Of a stretch of 7,908 nucleotides of DNA, positions 1-7,547 are shown one piece after another. Source of the DNA: Neoechinorhynchus agilis (lineage: Eukaryota; Animalia; Acanthocephala); assembly GCA_051530055.1 (NCBI GenBank), contig JBMGUZ010000090.1, positions 1 through 7,908 on the forward strand, written 5' to 3'. A program made the position numbers and the translations under genes. The notes beneath the pieces were generated by a model that was given only the letters and a program-made list of their open reading frames with translations, made no database searches and had not been told where the DNA came from. How positions within the stretch are numbered: the stretch's first letter is position 1; each line of letters opens with the position of its first letter.

Positions 1-2
1 GA

Positions 3-413
3 TCGAAGTTTTTTTGCAGGAGAGGTAGAACTTTGAATACGATCATCTCAAATATAAAAACGGAGCCACGACCTGAGTCGGTCTATAAGATCCCTTGCAT
101 GGACTGTGACGAAGTGTATGTCGGACAAACTATTAATATCGACAGACGAATCCGAGAACACAAATGTGCAGTTAGCAAAAAGAAGGATCTTAGCTCAGCA
201 GTAGTCACGCATGTCATGAAAACTGGTCATCGAATCGATTTCAACAACACAAAGGTATTGTCACGTAATCAGGATCGATTCGGACGATTGGTGATGGAAG
301 CCAGTTGCATCAAATACCTTCCAGCTTTCGAAGGTAACAAAGCGGACTACAAACTGAAACTCAGAATACCGCCAGATAAGGGGGAGTGGAAAAGCGGTCG
401 CAAAAAACCCTGA
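3..413 (+). CDS. PLE GIY-YIG endonuclease, C-terminal part of an RT-EN polyprotein (5'-partial)
   Basis: Frame 3 is open from base 3: SKFFCRRGRTLNTIISNIKTEPRPESVYKIPCMDCDEVYVGQT...RRIREH...SAVVTH...GHRIDF...KVL...RLVMEASCI. It has VYKI/YVG (GIY-YIG), the PLE-typical CxxC plus His residues, and the catalytic R and E. The track start at 33 is a TTG and probably not the real start. Confidence 0.92.
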   Translation, partial: SKFFCRRGRTLNTIISNIKTEPRPESVYKIPCMDCDEVYVGQTINIDRRIREHKCAVSKKKDLSSAVVTHVMKTGHRIDFNNTKVLSRNQDRFGRLVMEASCIKYLPAFEGNKADYKLKLRIPPDKGEWKSGRKKP

Positions 414-422
414 CCTTTTCAG

Positions 423-464
423 ATTGACTGAAGAAGACCCACGTGAGGGTCGAAATATTTCAAT
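423..464 (+). ncRNA. Minimal type I hammerhead ribozyme HHR1
   Basis: Stem I ATTGA(423-427)/TCAAT(460-464); core CTGAAGA 428-434; extra A435; stem II GACCC(436-440)-ACGTGA-GGGTC(447-451); GAAA 452-455; palindrome ATAT 455-458; H17=U459. Predicted cleavage at 459/460, 46 nt after the ORF stop. Confidence 0.88.
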
Positions 465-467
465 AAA
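462..467 (+). terminator. Polyadenylation signal AATAAA of PLE1
   Basis: AATAAA overlaps the 3' strand of HHR1 stem I and is followed by T-rich sequence (470-520). HHR2 has the same arrangement. Confidence 0.55.
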
Positions 468-594
468 ATATTATTTGTACTACTTCCCTTCTTTTTACAA
501 TCAGTTTTATTTTGTAATATTTCGTGGGCAACCGCGCAAGCGAAACGGCAACGAACAAACTACGACCGTTGGTTCGAAGCTCCCCCCAACCAGG

Positions 595-1078
595 AATGTG
601 TGTCGAAAAGGGGTTTCTTTAGCCGGTTTGTGAGTGAAGAATTGTGGGGTTTACAAAATCGATTGCCTTAAGGTTGGAAAACGATATATAGGGCAAACTA
701 AGCAAGATTTGCACAAGCGAGTGACCCAACGTAAGAGTACCTGCTGACGATTCGATCATTCTTCCGCCATTTCGAATCACGAACAAACACCCAACACACA
801 GGGTCGATTTTGAGGGCGCTCTGGCCACGGAACGACTTCTCTCGCGGAGATTGGTCTTAGAGGTGGTATACATTGATTCTGTGGATACAATGGAAGGCAA
901 TAAAGGTAATTTTGCACTGCGATTGCCCATCAAGGATATCAATGTAAGGAGGAACGGCGGATACCCAATCGTAGGGGGTTCGTGCGGCAGGGAGGATGAG
1001 ATCTGGGTTGATTTTCAAGGGGATGTGGAAAGATTTTGTGATGAGTTTTTATGTTTAGATACGAAAGGAAAGTTGTGA
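595..1078 (+). pseudogene. Degenerate PLE GIY-YIG endonuclease
   Basis: Frame 1 reads VCRKGVSLAGL*VKNCGVYKIDCLKVGKRYIGQTKQDLHKRVTQRKSTC*RFDHSSAISNH (stops at 631-633 and 745-747). After a frameshift near 787-796, frame 2 reads HRVDFEGALATERLLSRRLVLEVVYIDSVDTMEGNK..., which is the track ORF 851-1078. The whole is colinear with the PLE1 protein. Confidence 0.88.
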
Positions 1079-1193
1079 AGATGTTTTCATCTCCTCTTAA
1101 AAAGGGAAGGCTACAAGCAGTGATAGACAAAGCCCTAAAACTGCTAAACAGACGGGACGAACTTTCCACACTTCACAACTCCACGCGCCTTTG

Positions 1194-1236
1194 TAGATTC
1201 CTGAAGAAGCCGTAAGACGGTGAAAGCTCGGAAATA
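1194..1236 (+). ncRNA. Minimal type I hammerhead ribozyme HHR2
   Basis: CTGAAGA 1201-1207; extra A1208; stem II GCCGT(1209-1213)-AAG-ACGGT(1217-1221) with a G.U first pair; GAAA 1222-1225; palindrome AGCT 1225-1228; C17=1229. Stem I is weak: TTC(1198-1200)/GGA(1230-1232), possibly extended by 1194-1195/1235-1236. Predicted cleavage at 1229/1230. Confidence 0.82.
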
Positions 1237-1238
1237 AA
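1233..1238 (+). terminator. Polyadenylation signal AATAAA of PLE2
   Basis: AATAAA begins 4 nt after the predicted HHR2 cleavage site and is followed by a T-rich stretch. Confidence 0.55.
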
Positions 1239-2349
1239 GGTTTTCTTTATTATTACACCAGTCCGTCTCAGTGTCAATTCAAAAACAAAACTCCAAAAAA
1301 GGTATAGATATAAGCCCATTTTATGGAAAGGATTTTCTTTAGGCTGTAACTCTTTATGTTATTAGAATTTTTAACCATGAACGGTGGTATATTAGTCTCT
1401 AGTTCTTTTTTCTGGGGGCGTCTGATGAATTGGAGATAAACCGGTGCACTTTCACTAACGTTTACATTACAATCACATGGAAGTGTTCATTTACATTAAC
1501 CTAAAGATTTCCCGGTGTCGTCTTAAATCTACCGACCTTATTTCGAATATGGTGAATGCGGTGTGCTCTTGAGTCAATGTGCGTTCAAAAATGAACATTT
1601 CATTTTATACGCGTAACAAAGCAAGCTAATCAAGTTTGACGGATGACCGTATTTATGAACAAATGTCGTTCAGTTTGTGCATGAACATTTAGAAAAGATG
1701 TACATTTCTGCTTGTGTTTTTGAAAAAATGCTTCATCAATCTCAATGATTTTGTTCGTACCACTTTTTATAACAACAAATCAATTACAGTATTCGGATCT
1801 CTTACTGCCAGTTGCTAGTTTTATAGAAGACTATTCAATTTCTAAAAAAGTCAACTTTTCCTCTTGAAAGTTTGCTACCCCTATAAACTGGGAATCCGTT
1901 GACTGCTGAAACTGTCAATAACCACCATTTTTCCAAATTCAGGTTTTGCCATGAACTATTTATACTTCCGAACGAGCAATTGGATATGGGTCCATGCTAG
2001 CCGATCTCAGTAACACGCGCGTACCCGATATTCTCGTTTGCTCTCATTCAGCATAATAATTAATAAATTCTTTTAATTTTTTACCCTATAAACAAGCACG
2101 AATTTTTTAATCGAAAAATGGGATCTTTTCTCTAGCGATCCGTCACTGAAGTCGACAATCTACAGTTGATTCGCTTGTCATTTTACGAATTCTATTGATT
2201 CTCGTTTGTCAATAAAGTCGCACGAGATGTCTGTTTTGTGATTGAACACGGGTGGAAATTTTTGGCTTCAAATTGTTACGGATTTATAGTTCTGAACGAT
2301 TATTTAAAAAACTTTCACCGCCAAAAAAGTGTACATTAAAGTTCGCTGA

Positions 2350-2938
2350 AATGAGCTAAATAGAATAGTTGAGTTTTGTGAAAGTCGTGACAATGACTAC
2401 TTTGCTTTCGACAACGATGAAATTTATCTTATAGAAGATGATGTTACTGTAATCATCAGGAATTCACTAGAGCAAAAAGCTTTAAAACTTTATCGTTCTA
2501 ACCTGTTTTAGGTGGTATTGAAGCAAGTAAATGAACGGAACCCCGTCATTTTTGGCCATTTAACAATTAGAAACTTCATCAGAATAATCGTGATCATTCA
2601 ATTTCCAACACAACACTGACATTTATTCTTACGGTCGTGTAATTTCCGCCTTCTATTTTACACTTGCCATTTGGCCGATATCCGATCTTTCAATAAAAAG
2701 GTGAGCGATTTTAATAAATTGTTTTAGTGCAACCAAACGTTCATTACTAAAAATGCTTAACTACTACAAGTTCGAATCAAAACTAATTGATTGGAAGCTT
2801 AAAAAGAACTTGTCATTTATATTAAATAGATGTAAGAATTACTTTAACGAGCAAAATAATAAATTTAAAACAATAATATTTAAATATATGTTTTCAATCT
2901 TTAATGAATTTTTCTATAAAGGTTCCAGAAACTTTTAA
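2350..2938 (+). pseudogene. Possible decayed intron-containing gene of unknown product
   Basis: Frame 1 over 2350-2700 has only two stops in 117 codons in AT-rich DNA (NELNRIVEFCESRDNDYFAFDNDEIYLIEDD...). It ends at AAG|GTGAG, a candidate 27-nt intron 2701-2727 (...TTTTAG). The track ORF 2753-2938 follows. No family was recognised. Confidence 0.3.
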
Positions 2939-3299
2939 AAGATCGCACCACGCACGATGTTGAAATAAATGTAATTTTTCTATTGGGATAAAATGCGCGT
3001 TAATAATAATAATTTAATATGACAAAATTAAATAACTGACAACAAAAATTAAAGATTTTAAACGAAAATCCCCTCCTAATTTGTGCATTAAATTTACGCA
3101 CAGAAAATATGTCCGTAAAAGAAAAACAGTTTGACGAGTTAAGTTCTAAGAAAATGTTTTTTTAACTGCTAAAAATTACAAGGCGAAAGCGTTCTTGCGT
3201 AAGGTTTCTGTATATATTCATTTCCTGAAACCCAGCAATTGGCTTGATAGACCACCACAAGCCAGTACAAAACAATTTAAAAGTAAAAAATCAATTCAA

Positions 3300-3313
3300 G
3301 TTTCAATAGCAAC
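3300..3313 (+). promoter_or_regulatory. X-box-like (RFX) motif
   Basis: GTTTCAATAGCAAC has one mismatch to GTHNYY-AT-RRNAAC and lies ~160-170 nt upstream of ATG 3471. Confidence 0.35.
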
Positions 3314-3349
3314 TAATACTTGCTATTTTTGAAAAAATTGTTTTGATAT

Positions 3350-3363
3350 TTTGCCATAGCAAC
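3350..3363 (+). promoter_or_regulatory. X-box-like (RFX) motif
   Basis: TTTGCCATAGCAAC has one mismatch (first base) to the X-box consensus and lies ~110-120 nt upstream of ATG 3471. Confidence 0.4.
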
Positions 3364-3470
3364 CGCATGAGTTCTAACTTCATTTGTATAATACAAACCA
3401 GTACAAAAACTCTCTTATTTTCTTCTTTTTTTAACTTTGATAAACGTTTACATATAAATTGTTCTCGAAA

Positions 3471-4613
3471 ATGGCCAAAACATCAAAACTAGAAATGAAA
3501 GCAAAAGACAGTGAGGACAAGAAGCAGGGAACAAATGAGTCGAATGTAGAGAAATCAATTTTTCCTCTACACGAAGTCTCACCAATTGACACGGTGGTCT
3601 ATAGCAGAAGATCGGTGCCGCGTAAGTGCACAATGTGCCAACGACTGGATTACACGGTTAAACGAGTCGCTCATGAAGATGCGGATATTTTTAAAACTAT
3701 CAGTTGGAATGATTATTTGAGGGCAAAGTATGGATCTGTGGAAGCCTCCTTAGTCAAGGAAAGCTTAAGAACGAGAAAAACAAATACTGCGAAACTTAGA
3801 GAAATGCCGTTGGGAAAAAAGGAGGGCAATGAGAGAATTAAAAATATCAAAGAAGTGTCGTTGGGCGACGGATTTTTCAGTCAATGGTCTAATGGAGATA
3901 CCAAGGAAGTGCCAGTAATCACGGTAACATCGTCGGAACAAAAAGACGTGATTCAAATTAGGAGTGAAAATTTTCTTGGTAGATGTATTCGAACAAACAA
4001 CACTGTGAAAAATCGCAGGGTAGCGTCTTCGGATCTAGAATACTCAATTCGAAAAACCGATGACAACTCTTCAAATAAGAGATTTGATTCCGAAATCACC
4101 AATCGAAGTCGCCGAGTACCGTCAACCGAACAAAGCAACTCAGTTCAAACGATCGGTGAAAAATCTCCAAGTAAAAGTATTGAGCAACAAAAATCTCCTA
4201 CAGTAAGAAGGTTAAATAAGGCCAATGGAGGAAACTCCCAAATGTTGACGGAGCGAACGGACTCAGTAAAATCGATCCGACAAGAATCTCGTGTTAAGGT
4301 TAACAAGCTTCAAATGTTAGACAGAAAGCGACAGTTGCCGCTCGAAAGCTCGGAAACGTCGCACGAAGAATGGGAACTAATCCGATCAGGTGAAGAGATC
4401 AGCGAAAAATCTTGCGATGGAGGAGCGCTCGGCAGCTCGGCACTCTCTCTGCTCAAGGATCTCTCGAAGAAATTGAGAGAGGCAACCGGAGACTCAAGAG
4501 CAGGCTTATTTCTTCGACAAAATATCTCGCTGGCAGTACAACGGGGCAATGCTGCCAGCGTGATGGCGACGGTCGAGGAAGGACAAAAGCTGGAATTTGG
4601 TGGGAGGTGGTGA
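3471..4613 (+). CDS. Orphan 380-aa Ser/Lys/Arg/Glu-rich, likely disordered protein with a retrotransposon-derived C-terminus
   Basis: Longest ORF in the window. The first ATG at 3471 is in good context (AAAATGG); the track start at 3459 is a TTG. No domain was recognised before ~4410. Confidence 0.65.
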   Translation: MAKTSKLEMKAKDSEDKKQGTNESNVEKSIFPLHEVSPIDTVVYSRRSVPRKCTMCQRLDYTVKRVAHEDADIFKTISWNDYLRAKYGSVEASLVKESLRTRKTNTAKLREMPLGKKEGNERIKNIKEVSLGDGFFSQWSNGDTKEVPVITVTSSEQKDVIQIRSENFLGRCIRTNNTVKNRRVASSDLEYSIRKTDDNSSNKRFDSEITNRSRRVPSTEQSNSVQTIGEKSPSKSIEQQKSPTVRRLNKANGGNSQMLTERTDSVKSIRQESRVKVNKLQMLDRKRQLPLESSETSHEEWELIRSGEEISEKSCDGGALGSSALSLLKDLSKKLREATGDSRAGLFLRQNISLAVQRGNAASVMATVEEGQKLEFGGRW

Positions 4614-4646
4614 ATGTAAAGAAAAAACTTTTCTTTCAAAAAAAAA
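4411..4646 (+). mobile_element. 5'-truncated 3' fragment of a CRE-type (restriction-like endonuclease) non-LTR retrotransposon
   Basis: GALGSSALSLLKDLSKKLREATGDSRAGLFLRQNISLAVQRGNAASVMAT matches my recollection of the CRE-clade C-terminus (G..A..F...L..RL...TGD.R...FL.QR+S.A+QRGNAA.+.GT). It is followed by a stop, a short 3' UTR and A9 at 4638-4646. Confidence 0.75.
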
Positions 4647-5444
4647 TTTAGACCGAATCAAATGGAAAGAGAATGATGCCGTCGGACGGAAGAGTACTAT
4701 TACTTGAACATACAAAACAATAAAATTAGGAAACAGGAGACATTAATTCAAGCTATTAAAGAAAAGTCTCTCTGCGATAGTCTTTAGAATGAAGCGTCCA
4801 ATTTAAAGGGGGGAATCAAAGGTAAAAACTTAGAAGCAGAGTCGAAACAAGGGAAATCAAGGGAAGCAAATCAATTGGTTAATGAAGAGTCTTGTGTTGA
4901 ATGTCTTCTACTTCGTACGCCTACTGGAAAAATACGAGTGTCCGAGTCAACATTCGACGTCTCTAATGAACGTGGAGAAATAAACTGCACAATAAAGGAA
5001 ACTAAAGACGAATATTTGAGTGAAAGCCATCAATCTCGGACGTCTGTTAAAAAGAGACAAGTGACGGATTCAACTTTTGCACTTTAGAATGAAGATGCTA
5101 AAGTGAACAGTACAATCACGAAAACTAAAAATACTTCGTTTGATCATAAAACATCTTCTCGGAGGAGACAAGTGTCTGATTCACATTATGCAAAATCGAA
5201 GAAGGATACTAAAGTAAAATGTGCAATCAAGGACACTAAAGGCACATCTTCGAGGAAAAGTCTTAAACATAAAACATCTTCTGGGAAGAGAAAAGTGTTC
5301 GATCCAGATTTTCAAGTCTCAATCGAAGGTGCTAAAATAAATACTGCAATCGAGGTGACTAAGGACGAATATTTGAGTGAAAGTCGCTAATCTGGAACAT
5401 CTTTTGAGAGGAGAGAAGCAAAGACTAAATGCTTAGAAATATAG
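4647..5444 (+). pseudogene. Orphaned 3' half of the 3471 gene, same frame, nonsense-interrupted
   Basis: Frame 3, the same as the 3471 ORF, runs 266 codons with no frameshift and only four internal stops (4674, 4785, 5085, 5388). It includes track ORFs 4875-5087 and 5103-5390 and has similar S/K/E-rich composition. Confidence 0.62.
4917..5420 (+). repeat. Degenerate coding tandem repeat, units of 123/111/123/123 nt plus a partial fifth
   Basis: Units start at 4917, 5040, 5151, 5274 and 5397 with T-S/P-x-x-K/R-R/I-x-V. Exact matches: GACGAATATTTGAGTGAAAG at 5007-5026 and 5364-5383; CATAAAACATCTTCT at 5145-5159 and 5268-5282. Confidence 0.85.
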
Positions 5445-5942
5445 GCGAACCGAACGAACGCAAAGCGTTCTATTCGAAATATTGGTCAAGAGTTTCATAA
5501 TGGACTAAGATCTCCAATGAAGATCTTAGCACGGAATGACAGTTTCGAATTGCCTTCGTAGCTTTAAGGGTTTTTAAATAAAGGATTTTTATTTTCAAAT
5601 GAAGAGTGCAGAGCAATCCTCGCGCTTGACAGGCAGAAAATCGCTTCAGTTAAAAAATCTTAATGAGTGCAATGCTTATTTTTATTTAATCCGAGAAATC
5701 TGGAAATTGATCGCCAAGGCACTTTTAACGCATCGACGAATTTATTTCAGATTTTTAAATATTTTTTTGCACGTAATCTCTTATTAAATTTGGGGATCCG
5801 TTCACGTTTTCGGGCGGAATTTTTTGCAACGACCACACAAAAACAAAAGTTTTCTAAGCTTTAGTCTAATGCTTGGAGAAAATACTTATTGCCACTAAAT
5901 GAGGATCAGAGAAATGTCGCATTTGATCGCTAATGCGGTGTT

Positions 5943-6245
5943 CTAAAAAATGTGGACGTGTGGAAGTCATCGCTTCTACCATTTGACGGAGTACACCGAG
6001 TATTGCGAGTGTTTAAAGACGTGATTTCGGCTTAATGAGGTTCAGTAAGTTCATTCCTTTTTGTCTGAGTACCTTCGCTATCTCAGGCCACGATGGATTG
6101 GAAGTAAACGTAATCAGTCAGGAAATCCATAATGTCTAATATAAGTCATAGGATATTGACCTCACTGATTTCCCAATGTCGTCTACGTTTCCATCATTCG
6201 CCACAGCGTTCATGTAAGCATGAGCTGAGACTTTAAGACGATGCC
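5943..6245 (-). mobile_element. Fossil Helitron Rep (HUH endonuclease) fragment
   Basis: Minus-strand motifs in the expected order: NAVANDGNVDDIGKSV (6210-6163), MTYIRHYGFPD (6149-6117), ITFTSNPSWPEI (6114-6079), YSVKW*KR*LPHVHIF* (5993-5943; consensus EWQKRGLPHAHIL.W). It carries stops, frameshifts and internal deletions. Confidence 0.88.
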
Positions 6246-6248
6246 ACG

Positions 6249-6665
6249 TTAAACATCAACAGATTCAATAAACTTGTTGATATCTGAAATAAAATTTTCA
6301 TTATTTAGGGCACCCCAAGGGGCTTCATCCTATTAAAAACAATATTTATACTCACTTAAAATCCAATTTTGTTTGCGTAAATACAATTCTCGTTTAAAGT
6401 ATGAAGATTTTGGGGAGGAAATGAAATCCAGGGATCGTGTAAGCGTGTCAATGGATCAGGTAACTGTTTTGATTTGTTAATACAATGGTCGGATTTAAAG
6501 TAAAAAATACTTGAAGGATCCACTGATACTTGTGTAAGTATTCTTCATTATTACTTATGAGTTTTGTTCATCTTCAATGAGTCTTAAAAGGGATGGAGCA
6601 TAAGTACCAAGCTTAAAAGCTAATCAATAAATGGCTCTTCAAACACATCAAAAACGTTTTTTAAA
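6249..6665 (-). pseudogene. Possible degenerate downstream exons of the 6708-7484 gene
   Basis: Open blocks FLKNVFDVFEEPFID*, LAFKLGTYAPSLLRLIEDEQNS*, RILTQVSVDP...NKIGF* and DEAPWGALNNENFISDINKFIESVDV*. They are not joinable without stops or frameshifts. Confidence 0.3.
6330..6355 (-). other. Candidate 26-nt spliceosomal intron
   Basis: GTGAGTATAAATATTGTTTTTAATAG sits between two same-phase open blocks, but the upstream block ends in TAA. Confidence 0.3.
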
Positions 6666-6711
6666 CTGAAAACAAAAACGAAAATCAACGGTGTGTCCAT
6701 TGAATGCTCAC
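6666..6711 (-). other. Candidate 46-nt spliceosomal intron
   Basis: The GTGAG donor overlaps the ORF's TGA stop, and there is a strong pyrimidine tract and acceptor (TTTTCGTTTTTGTTTTCAG). Splicing would extend the ORF with ...KHFLKNVFDVFEEPFID*. Confidence 0.5.
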
Positions 6712-7484
6712 AAATGTTTGAGAAACGGTCTTAGGTTATCGTACTTTTCATTCTGGCAACCACCATCGTTATTATGCTGGATTTTGCATTCGTATTCCAC
6801 TTGGTTTGGAATGCTTAAGCTTGATAGCCACGCGTCAGTGTTATCGTAAGAGTTCAAGGTGCTCATTCCAGCACTATTTATGTTGATATCTCCAATCAAA
6901 ATGCCAAGTCGATCAAAATCAGTGGATCCACGTGTGAGCTCATCCTGGTGTTTATCACCACAAAAATCTTCTTTCCAAATCGAACTAAGGCGCGATTCCT
7001 TAAAATGAAAATCATCGGAATTATTGTGATAATTGGAGTCAACAGGAGATTCCATGATTGCTCGGTTTCGCTCGCCGAGGATTTTTCGTTCAATGCATCT
7101 TTGATCTTCTGGTTGAGGCTTTGAAATTGAAATATCAAATGACATTACCGACCCAGACGATCCACTCAGAGAACTAACTTCACAGAGGGAACTGTGATTA
7201 ACAGTAGAAGAAAAAGGTGCCATAGGTCGCTTTGGAGTTGATGCTCCAAAAGACGTATCAGCTATATTTGTGTTCTCAACGTTCGATTGTTTACGGAACG
7301 AACTATCGACATTGTACGGTGAGCATTGCTCTATTTTATTTCTTATCAATTGGCTCGCATTCCCAACTTTTACGGAATTGACCCGATGGTAATAAAGAGA
7401 CTGGAAAGCAAGGGATAACGAAATTAAAGTAAGATCCGATCCACCATTCGTAACAACATGTCGAAATGAGATAATGTCAGGCAT
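6708..7484 (-). CDS. Orphan Ser-rich protein or large exon, 258 aa from the first ATG
   Basis: The frame is open from 7592 to 6708. The first ATG is at 7484 (A at -3). It has protein-like low-complexity segments (GASTPKRP, SSLSGSSGS). No domain was recognised. Confidence 0.55.
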   Translation of the reverse strand: MPDIISFRHVVTNGGSDLTLISLSLAFQSLYYHRVNSVKVGNASQLIRNKIEQCSPYNVDSSFRKQSNVENTNIADTSFGASTPKRPMAPFSSTVNHSSLCEVSSLSGSSGSVMSFDISISKPQPEDQRCIERKILGERNRAIMESPVDSNYHNNSDDFHFKESRLSSIWKEDFCGDKHQDELTRGSTDFDRLGILIGDININSAGMSTLNSYDNTDAWLSSLSIPNQVEYECKIQHNNDGGCQNEKYDNLRPFLKHL

Positions 7485-7521
7485 TCTTGACAAAAGCGAT
7501 GGATACGAGTAACATCCATAA

Positions 7522-7529
7522 TTTTTATA
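7522..7529 (-). promoter_or_regulatory. TATAAAAA: candidate TATA box or variant poly(A) signal
   Basis: It lies 38 nt upstream of ATG 7484 and ~23 nt downstream of the HHR3 cleavage site. The motif is common in AT-rich DNA. Confidence 0.25.
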
Positions 7530-7547
7530 ATAGCTAGAGTTGCCCAA

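Larger units (their letters stand above)
1..520 (+). mobile_element. Penelope-like retroelement (PLE1), 3' end; continues off the left edge
   Basis: GIY-YIG ORF end, then hammerhead ribozyme, AATAAA and a T-rich tail to ~520. The right boundary is approximate. Confidence 0.88.
521..1290 (+). mobile_element. Second, degenerate, 5'-truncated Penelope-like element (PLE2)
   Basis: Broken GIY-YIG frame, then HHR2, AATAAA and a tail. Both boundaries are approximate. Confidence 0.8.

Noticed and set aside
424-633. Track ORF of 69 aa
   Set aside because: It has a TTG start and runs through HHR1 and the T-rich tail. Only its last ~13 codons belong to the PLE2 frame.
744-780. CTGACGA followed by the inverted repeat GATTCGA...TCGAATC
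   Set aside because: It has GAAT rather than GAAA, no stem I, and lies inside the PLE2 coding remnant; not a hammerhead.
939-1169. Minus-strand ORF with FTTFLSYLN...HHKIF..LENQ, faintly like a PLE RT segment
   Set aside because: No YxDD or LPFLD in register, and it is antisense to the PLE2 tail. It is probably chance; a blastx would settle it.
1422-1460. CTGATGA core-like motif
   Set aside because: There is no downstream stem II-GAAA.
2395-2582. Two minus-strand CTGATGA motifs (2459-2453, 2582-2576)
   Set aside because: The first has a distant GAAA but a mismatched stem II, no UH site and no stem I. The second has no GAAA.
3453-3458. TATAAA before the 3471 ORF
   Set aside because: Only ~13 nt from the ATG, too close for a conventional TATA box.
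3627-3638. CTMC (CxxC) in the orphan protein
   Set aside because: There is no second Cys/His pair, so a zinc finger cannot be called.
619-4715. Short antisense or alternate-frame ORFs (619-942, 3448-3633, 3765-3956, 3953-4138, 4310-4639, 4412-4651, 4506-4715)
   Set aside because: They are shadows of better-supported frames and have no motifs.
5433-5476. Hairpin GAACGC-AAA-GCGTTC with a minus-strand CTAA nearby, as a Helitron 3' terminus
   Set aside because: The spacing is longer than typical, CTAA is followed by G rather than the T of an A/T target, and it overlaps the end of the orphan gene's frame.
5599-5864. Track ORFs 5599-5787 and 5667-5864
   Set aside because: Short and AT-rich, with no motifs or splice support.
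2350-6360. Alternative genetic code (stop reassignment) explaining the many in-frame stops
   Set aside because: All three stop codons occur, and in the Helitron TAG replaces both Q and W while TGA replaces G. This indicates mutational decay.
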